This document shows, piece after piece, positions 57,832 to 64,000 of a stretch of 64,000 bases of DNA. The stretch is from assembly GCA_963849325.1 (NCBI GenBank), contig CAWKHF010000012.1, forward strand, positions 544,001-608,000, given 5' to 3'. The position numbers and the translations under genes were made by a program. The first letter of the stretch is position 1; each line of letters opens with the position of its first letter. The notes below the pieces were generated by a model, which saw nothing but the letters and a program-made list of their open reading frames with translations, had not been told where the DNA came from and did not search any database. This DNA is from an uncultured Planctomycetota bacterium. Lineage in GTDB: Bacteria > Planctomycetota > Planctomycetia > Gemmatales > Gemmataceae.

Positions 57832-59441
57832 TTTTCCTTAAGCCCGCCGCCCAGTGGACGGCATTACTCAGTAGGCGGTTGAAGGCCAGCTCCTTGAAGT
57901 CGTCGGGATGACCCAGCGACGTGTACACGACCCGTCCGCCGACCTTCGTGGTGTTCGTCCACAGGACCGGCTCGGCCGGTTTCTCCGGGATCGAGCCGAT
58001 CAGCAGCGGCGTCGCGGATTTCGCCAGGGGGCTGACCTTGTACAGCGAGCCGTGACCGCGTAAGTCGGCGAGGTTGACGCCCTCCAGGATCGGATGGCCG
58101 GCTGTCTCCACTGTCGCACGCACCGTCACCTGCGCCTCCGCGCCGTGGTGGCCGCTGTAGTTGCCGCCGAAGACGTCTCGGTCGAACTCTTCCCAGACGG
58201 CACATCCCTCGGGCGGCTTGCGGCCGTTCAGAGAGAAGGCATGACTGGCCGTGCGGATGCCGACGACCGGCTTGCCGCCGGCCACGAATTTATGGATAAT
58301 GTCTATCTGTTTATTCGGTAATGCCCTCCGGCGAACGCTGAACAAGGCCACGTCCGCCTCCTCAAGTGCCTCGATGCCGGGCAGGTCGTTGGCGTTGGTC
58401 TCGCTGCCGAAGACGGTGCTGACGCGGAAGTCCTTGCCCAGGTGCTTGAGGGCGAACTCCGGCAGCGTGCGCGGCGTCTGGTACTCCGGCTCGGCCAGGA
58501 CGAGGACCAGGTGCGGCCGCTTGTCGCCGGCGAAGCGGAACGGCTTGCCGCCGAGCACCTGATCGCTGGTGATGGTCGGACAAACCCACTTCTCGATGTG
58601 TTCGACGATCAGGTCCGTGCCGGTGAAATGGCTGACGAACGGAGCGCGGGCGGGGTCGTACATGGTATCGGTCAGATCGCGCACCAGCACGACGTTCTTG
58701 CCGTTCTTGGCCATCTGCCGCAGACCGAACGGCCGGCCGAGCACGCACATGTTGGTGTGAACGCCGAGAAGGATGACGTTGTCGATGCCGCGCTGTTCGA
58801 GCACGCTCCAGATCTCCTCGCCGTTGTCGCTGATGACATCACGGTCCTCGATCTTGAGGACGTCGGTCTGCGTCTTCCACGGGGCGCGGGGATTTCGGCC
58901 CATTTTCTGGAGTTTCTCGGCCCAGGCGCGGTGTTCGGCGGGGTCGTCGTCCTCGCCGCCCTGCGTCTGATCGATGGGATAAACGCCCTTCTCCTCGGCG
59001 GGGATGCGGTAGCACCAACGGCCAATGTCCTTGGGCAAGTTTTTCGACCGCGGCGTCCGCAGTGCGCTGAGGCGGGCCGGGTGGTCCTTGTAGGAGTCCA
59101 TGCAACCGCTGGGCGCGTGGATGATGAGAGTGCCGCGGTTGCGCGCCTCCGTCAGAAACTGGTTCATCCGCGGCGCCATTTCGCCGACGCGGCGGACGGC
59201 GTTGAGGCAGTGGTGCGAGTCCCACATGTCGCAAACGATGATCGCCGTCTGGCGAGCGTCCCAGCGGGCGGGCTGAACGACCGTGTGAAACCGTCCGCTG
59301 CCCGGCCGTGTCTCGGTGTGCTTGCAGCTGGAGGGAGAGCATCGCGGGGTCGGATTTCGCCGTGTCGGCGGCCAGGATGGAAGGCACGGCCAGGACGGTC
59401 AGCAGGACGAGCGCGGAATTGGTGAGGCGGGATCGCTTCAT
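57815..59441 (-). CDS. Secreted isochorismatase/cysteine-hydrolase + ThuA-like domain fusion; frameshift near 59320
   Basis: Signal peptide; 'CDMWD.H.C', 'GVHTNMCV', 'RDLTD'; ThuA-like 'GIRTASHAF', 'SLYK', 'RVVYTSLGH'. Confidence 0.85.
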
Positions 59442-59504
59442 GTTCAGACCTCGGGAGGCGACAAGTCACGTCGGTTCGGATCATCGAGACGGTAGATAGA
59501 TACC

Positions 59505-60818
59505 TTATTGCAAGGATCGCTTCGCAGCCACTCCTCCGGTTGCCGGCAAACCGAACAACGCGGCACCCCATTGTAAGCCGGCACCGACGGCGGTCCAGAT
59601 GATGGGGCCGTGAACTGACTGAGGGTGGAGCGCGAAGGCGACGGGGAGGGAAGCGGAGCCGAGATTGCCCAGGCGTGTCGTCTCGCTCCAGACGTGCGGG
59701 ACCGGCAGAAGCAGCCGCCGGGCGAGCAAGTCCGACATGCGGCCATTGCCGCCGTGGGCGACGACGGCGCCGAGCTGGTCCACGGCAAGCCCGTGCCGCG
59801 CAGCCAAGTGCCGGACGGACTCGGCCATGCTTCGGACGGCCCGATGGGCCAGGGGTACGCCGTCCATGTGCAGCGTCGCGCCGTGGGCCGGATCATGCCG
59901 TACCTGCAGAAGCGAGCTGGCTGCGCCATCGGTGCCGAGGAGGATGTCGCACAGAGGAATTCCGCCGGCGTTCATCGGCTGCGCGGTCAGTAAGCAAGCC
60001 GCCGTGGCATCGCCGAAGAGGGCGGCCGTCTCTCCGGCGGGGCCGGGTTGCAGCGTCAGCCAGCGCGACGGCGCTTCGACCGCCACGACCAGCACGGCGG
60101 CGGTATCGACCAGCAGACGCAAGGCGGTCCACATCGCGGCGAGGAAGCCGGTGCAGGCGCCGCCGATTTCCAGAGCGACGACGCCAGCGGACAATCCCAG
60201 ACGCTGATGCAGCGCCGCCGCCAGTCCCGTCAGGACAGGCGGCGCTTCCGCCGTCACCAGTAGCGCGCCAAGACCATCGAGAGACAGGCCGGCCCGAGAG
60301 AGGCAAGCCGCGGCGTTCTCCGCGGCCGCGTCGAGAACGTCTTCGTCCGCCCACAAGCCGCGGCCGTGGATGGCTGCATGATCTTCCAGCCAACCCGGCG
60401 GACGTTCCAGCAGACGATTGATCTCCACGGCCGGCTGAATTCGGCTCGGCAAGCGAACCGTGGACGCCGCCAACCACGCCTTCCAAGCCGAGCCGCGACC
60501 GTCCGGGAGCGATTCGTTCTCCGCTCCCGGACGCTCGCGGCTCGGTTCGCTTCCTCGCGGCCGCAGCGCGGCGGCTTCCAGGGCCGCCGCCAATTCGCCA
60601 ACGGTGCCGTAGCGGCGCCCCGACGCCTGCTCAATCGCCTCGACGGGCACGCCGCAGTCGTCGGCCACCAGGGCGAGGAACTCAACAAAGCCCATCGAAT
60701 CGATCGCGTCGGCGAAGCGGACGGCCGCGTCTTCCGGGGCTTCCGGCAAACCGAGAAGGTCGCACACCTGACGCAGGTGAGCGAGTAAAGGAGCGACGAG
60801 GTCGGCGCGTGGCGACAT
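59505..60818 (-). CDS. Acyl-carrier-protein / 3-oxoacyl-ACP synthase III (FabH-like) fusion
   Basis: N-terminal ACP 'IDSMGFVEFL'; KAS III triad 'GACTGF', 'AHGGN', 'GNLGSAS', plus 'LFGDA' and 'GAGLQWGA'. Single uninterrupted ORF. Confidence 0.82.
   Translation of the reverse strand: MSPRADLVAPLLAHLRQVCDLLGLPEAPEDAAVRFADAIDSMGFVEFLALVADDCGVPVEAIEQASGRRYGTVGELAAALEAAALRPRGSEPSRERPGAENESLPDGRGSAWKAWLAASTVRLPSRIQPAVEINRLLERPPGWLEDHAAIHGRGLWADEDVLDAAAENAAACLSRAGLSLDGLGALLVTAEAPPVLTGLAAALHQRLGLSAGVVALEIGGACTGFLAAMWTALRLLVDTAAVLVVAVEAPSRWLTLQPGPAGETAALFGDATAACLLTAQPMNAGGIPLCDILLGTDGAASSLLQVRHDPAHGATLHMDGVPLAHRAVRSMAESVRHLAARHGLAVDQLGAVVAHGGNGRMSDLLARRLLLPVPHVWSETTRLGNLGSASLPVAFALHPQSVHGPIIWTAVGAGLQWGAALFGLPATGGVAAKRSLQ
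60488..60545. repeat. REP palindrome (family F) in frame in the ACP-FabH linker
   Basis: CCGAGCCGCGACCGTCCGGGAGCG...CGCTCCCGGACGCTCGCGGCTCGG; encodes EPSRERPGAENESLPDGRGS. Confidence 0.85.
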
Positions 60819-60822
60819 ATAA

Positions 60823-61561
60823 TTAACATTGCGGGTCGTTGAAGGAGAAAAAGCCGTCAGCCATGAGCCAGCAGAGGCATTCGCTTCGGGCGGGCGCGGC
60901 CTGGAAGCCGCGCGACAGGCCCAGCCGAACCGCGATCGGTTCGACCATTTGCCCCACCGCGAGAGTCAGCGCCCGAATGCGTCCCTCCACGCCGTCGGAG
61001 GCGATCTCGGCGCGCTGCAACAAAAAATGGTCCTTGACCGGCAGCGAGCGGCCTTCCAGTCCGGGGACATCGAGCGCGACGCGGTAATCCGGCTCCGGGG
61101 TGCCGTCGCGCCAGGAGGCGGTGAAGTGGATGCCGTGTCGCGGAACCAGCACGCCGGCCAGGCTGCGGTCGCCCGTGCCGGGAGTGAGGTAAGCGGCCGA
61201 GCGCGTGAGCGTGAGCGCGTCGCCGAACCAGGGTTTCTCCGGCGGCGCCAGCGTCGCTTGCAAAATGGCGCGGCGCAGGGCGGGACTGGCCAGCGTGCCG
61301 CAGGGTCGCAACGTCCGCACCCAGAACGTCTTCGCGGTGCGGCGGACGCGGCTCGGCCGGCTGAGGACCGACCAGCTCGAACATTTCCCAGCGCGAATGG
61401 CCGTCCATCAGAAAGGACGACCAACCGACGTTGCGAACCGGGGCATCGCGGTAACGCCCCTGCAAGGGGCGGACGACGCGGAGCTGGCCGTCCTGCCGGA
61501 CCACGCCGGCCAGGCAATACGACCTGCCCATTCGCGTCCAGTCGAGAAGGACCATGTCCAC
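60823..61561 (-). CDS. Dual-OB-fold domain protein; frameshift near 61320
   Basis: 'TRMGRSYCLAG...VRPL', 'PPHRED', 'RSLAG', 'LPVKD', 'RLGLSRGF...CWLMADG'. Confidence 0.65.
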
Positions 61562-61570
61562 GGCGTCACC

Positions 61571-62533
61571 TCACGGCGAAGGCGTCTGCTGGCTCCGTCT
61601 CCGGGAGACGCGCACGAAAAACCAAACCGCTCCGATGATCGCGCCGCCTCCCAGCGTGGCGGCGATCAGCCACGTGTCCCAGCGGGTGGGCCTTTCGGCG
61701 TTCGGCTCGGCCGGCCCCTCCCTAGCGGTCTCGGTACCCCGCTCCGGCGGTTTGTCCGCGAGCGCGCCTTGTGGGGCGTGGGTAGCTTCCGGTTTGGCGA
61801 AGACACGGGCGTCCAGTTTGTCGAGAAACTCGACGGAAGAAATTCGGATATTCAGGATCGAGGAATCGCGGTTGGAGGACCGCAAGTGCATGGGGTACTG
61901 GACGCCGCCGACCTCTCGATAATCCTCGTAAACGGTTTCGCCGATCATCTCCCCGCCGGCCAAAAGGTTCGGCATCGGCCGCCGCGCTCGCGCCAGCAGG
62001 CCGGTGGACTTGTCGAAGTAAAGGTTCGCCTTCCCCTGCGCCCCGGACACCTGAATGCCGACAAGCGAACGGCCCCCTTGCTGTTCTTCGCCCAGGAGGG
62101 TAAAGCGGTTGTCCTTGTTCCGCAGCAGCAGGAGCTGCGCCAGAACGGCATGCCAGTGCTGCTCGATGGCGAGAGGATCTGTCACCGCGAACGGTTGCGG
62201 AGCGGCCTGTCCCTGCCGGAACCATCCTTTCGGCCCATTGACGGTGATTTCACGGTGGAACGTCTGTCCGCCGAACTCGCCGTCGATGGTCCGCTTGTAG
62301 CGCCGCGGCAGATCGAAGACTTCTTCCCATGTAACCTTGAAAGTCCCGCTGCCCACGGAGGCACCATCCACTTTCGCCGTGAGGCGGCCGATCTTTGTCT
62401 TACTCAGCCGCTCCTCGCCGCCGTGCGCCTGAATGGCCCGGTCGAGAAGGCGGCGTGCCTCGTCCGCCGCCGCACGGCCGCCCAGAAGCAGAAGGAGACA
62501 CCCGAGCACAATCTTGGTTTGGACAGATGGCAT
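61571..62533 (-). CDS. Secreted/membrane-anchored hypothetical protein (LolA-like beta fold)
   Basis: Signal peptide; 'LLDRAIQAHGG', 'LYFDKSTGLL', 'YEDYREVGGVQYP'; C-terminal TM. Confidence 0.7.
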   Translation of the reverse strand: MPSVQTKIVLGCLLLLLGGRAAADEARRLLDRAIQAHGGEERLSKTKIGRLTAKVDGASVGSGTFKVTWEEVFDLPRRYKRTIDGEFGGQTFHREITVNGPKGWFRQGQAAPQPFAVTDPLAIEQHWHAVLAQLLLLRNKDNRFTLLGEEQQGGRSLVGIQVSGAQGKANLYFDKSTGLLARARRPMPNLLAGGEMIGETVYEDYREVGGVQYPMHLRSSNRDSSILNIRISSVEFLDKLDARVFAKPEATHAPQGALADKPPERGTETAREGPAEPNAERPTRWDTWLIAATLGGGAIIGAVWFFVRVSRRRSQQTPSP

Positions 62534-62598
62534 GGTCCCGGCCCGCCGCCGCGGTCCTGATAGTTCGCGGAAGGACGACCTGCTATGATGCCGTCATT

Positions 62599-63289
62599 AT
62601 GGACGCACACCCGACCGGAACGCAATTACGAAGTCCCGTCGAATCCGTCCCGGCCCCGACCGGCGCCGTCGTCCGCCTCTTCAGCGTCGGCCATTCCAAT
62701 CACGACGAAGCGTCGTTCACGGCGCTGTTGCAGCGTGCGGGCGTTACCGTGCTGGCCGATGTGCGCTCCAGCCCGTACAGCGGGCGTCATCCCCACTTCA
62801 ACAAGGGACCGCTGGAGGACCGGCTGCGCGAGCAGGGCATCGCCTACGTGTTTCTCGGCGACGTGCTCGGCGGCCGGCCGAGTTCGCCGACACTGTACGA
62901 CGACGAAGGGCGCCTGGATTACGAGCGCGTGCGGCAAACCGAGGCATTCCAGCGCGGCCTCGAACAGCTGACGCACGGCCGGCTCGGCTTGTCGGTTGCC
63001 TTCATGTGCAGCGAGGAAGACCCCCTCGATTGTCATCGCGGCTTGATGATAACGCCGGCCCTCCGCCGCGCGGCTTCACGCCGTACCATCTGCGCAAAGA
63101 TGGCTCCATCGAGACGAACGAGGAGATGGAAGCGCGGCTCTTGCACAAACCGGCGTCGGCGCCGGACTCCTCGACGGCCTGTTCGCGGCGCTGCTGAGCG
63201 ACGATGACCGCTGCGCCCTGCTGACCGAGGCGTATCAGCGGATGGCCCGACGCAAAGCGTACCGGCTGCCGGAGGACGACGAGGAATGA
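62599..63289 (+). CDS. DUF488 family protein; frameshifted
   Basis: 'FSVGHSNH', 'LADVRSSPYS', 'LGGRP', 'MCSEEDPLDCHR', 'HL..DG'; ends at TGA 63287-63289. Confidence 0.85.
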
Positions 63290-63299
63290 CCGGTCGCCG

Positions 63300-64000
63300 T
63301 CAGTTCGTCAGATTGTCCGTGAGCACCTCGCCCCCCGCTATCGTGCCCATCGCCCGGAGGATCGCGCTGTCCGCCGAGCCGGACGCGATGTTGCGAAGGA
63401 AGTGAACCGAGCCATCGGCATAAAGGAAGTTGGAGCCAGCCGTGTGCCTGCTGGAGGCGTCGTCCAGGTTGCGCCCCGTGGGATTGTTGTTCGTGCCGGC
63501 GTGTACCAGGACAAGGTCCGCCGCTCCCTGGCCGAGTTTCCCCGGCACGGCGTCGGGGTTGTATTGGCCCTGGTTGCAGTAACCTCCAGGGACGGCACCC
63601 ATCCAGGTGCCCTGGACGTTGGCGAAGGCCCGTTCCTCAAGAGAGATGGTGTTACTGGTCCCATCCATGATGTCCGTCAGGCGCGTCTGGCTGTTGCGAT
63701 AGAAGACGCCGTTGCCGGTCGCGGCCATCGTGCTGACGCCCCCTCCGCAGCAGGCAGCGTAGCTGGACGGCGGGACCATGCACACGGTCCCCCAGGAACT
63801 GCCGGTGACCGAGAAGGCCGTGAAGGGGGTTATGTCGGATGGGCAGAGGTACGTCTTCACCACCGTTTGAACCGCCGGCGAGTTCTGCACGGACATGCTG
63901 AGGTTGAGCTGGTTGTAGAGATTGCCCTGTTCCAGGTAGGACAGGAGGTACGCCCCCCAGGCCCAGCCGGGAGACGTGTCCGTCGTCCCGTCCACGTAGG
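63300..64000 (-). CDS. DUF1559 family protein, 3' part (runs off window end)
   Basis: 'WGAYLLSYLEQ.NLY', 'YLCPSD', 'DIMDGTSNT', H-X9-DG motif 'HTAGSNFLYADGSVHF', 'TIAGGE'. Confidence 0.92.
   Translation of the reverse strand, partial: YVDGTTDTSPGWAWGAYLLSYLEQGNLYNQLNLSMSVQNSPAVQTVVKTYLCPSDITPFTAFSVTGSSWGTVCMVPPSSYAACCGGGVSTMAATGNGVFYRNSQTRLTDIMDGTSNTISLEERAFANVQGTWMGAVPGGYCNQGQYNPDAVPGKLGQGAADLVLVHAGTNNNPTGRNLDDASSRHTAGSNFLYADGSVHFLRNIASGSADSAILRAMGTIAGGEVLTDNLTN

Overview
High-GC bacterial DNA that looks like Planctomycetota, probably Gemmataceae-like. The markers are DUF1549/DUF1553, two DUF1501 genes, DUF1559 and planctomycete-type ECF-tail motifs. Many genes, including pgk, gap, mdh, ribBA, lnt and moeA, are split by single-base frameshifts. 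This pattern points to long-read indel errors rather than real pseudogenes, so genes are annotated as reconstructed units. In order, the window holds: (1) a signalling cluster (Rec-histidine kinase, Rec-PP2C, Stp1 phosphatase, Ser/Thr kinase-FGE fusion); (2) a small accessory patch with a TA-flanked MITE-like element; (3) a hybrid PKS (KS-AT-DH-ER-KR-ACP) plus NRPS (C-A-PCP-TE) cluster divergent from a DevBCA-like ABC exporter; (4) ribBA; (5) an inositol-phosphate synthase / TIM-barrel / UbiA (ebo-like) operon; (6) assorted hydrolases and planctomycete signature genes; (7) BlaI/BlaR1, pgk-gap, mdh, an orphan toxin-immunity-like pair, lnt and moeA; (8) an ACP-FabH fusion, a dual-OB gene, DUF488 and DUF1559. 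The window is dense with several families of short palindromic REP-like and heptamer/nonamer repeats. Some sit in frame at domain linkers of the PKS, NRPS, BlaR1 and ACP-FabH proteins. No rRNA, tRNA, CRISPR array, transposase or integrase was seen. All family assignments come from motif recognition by eye, with no database searches.
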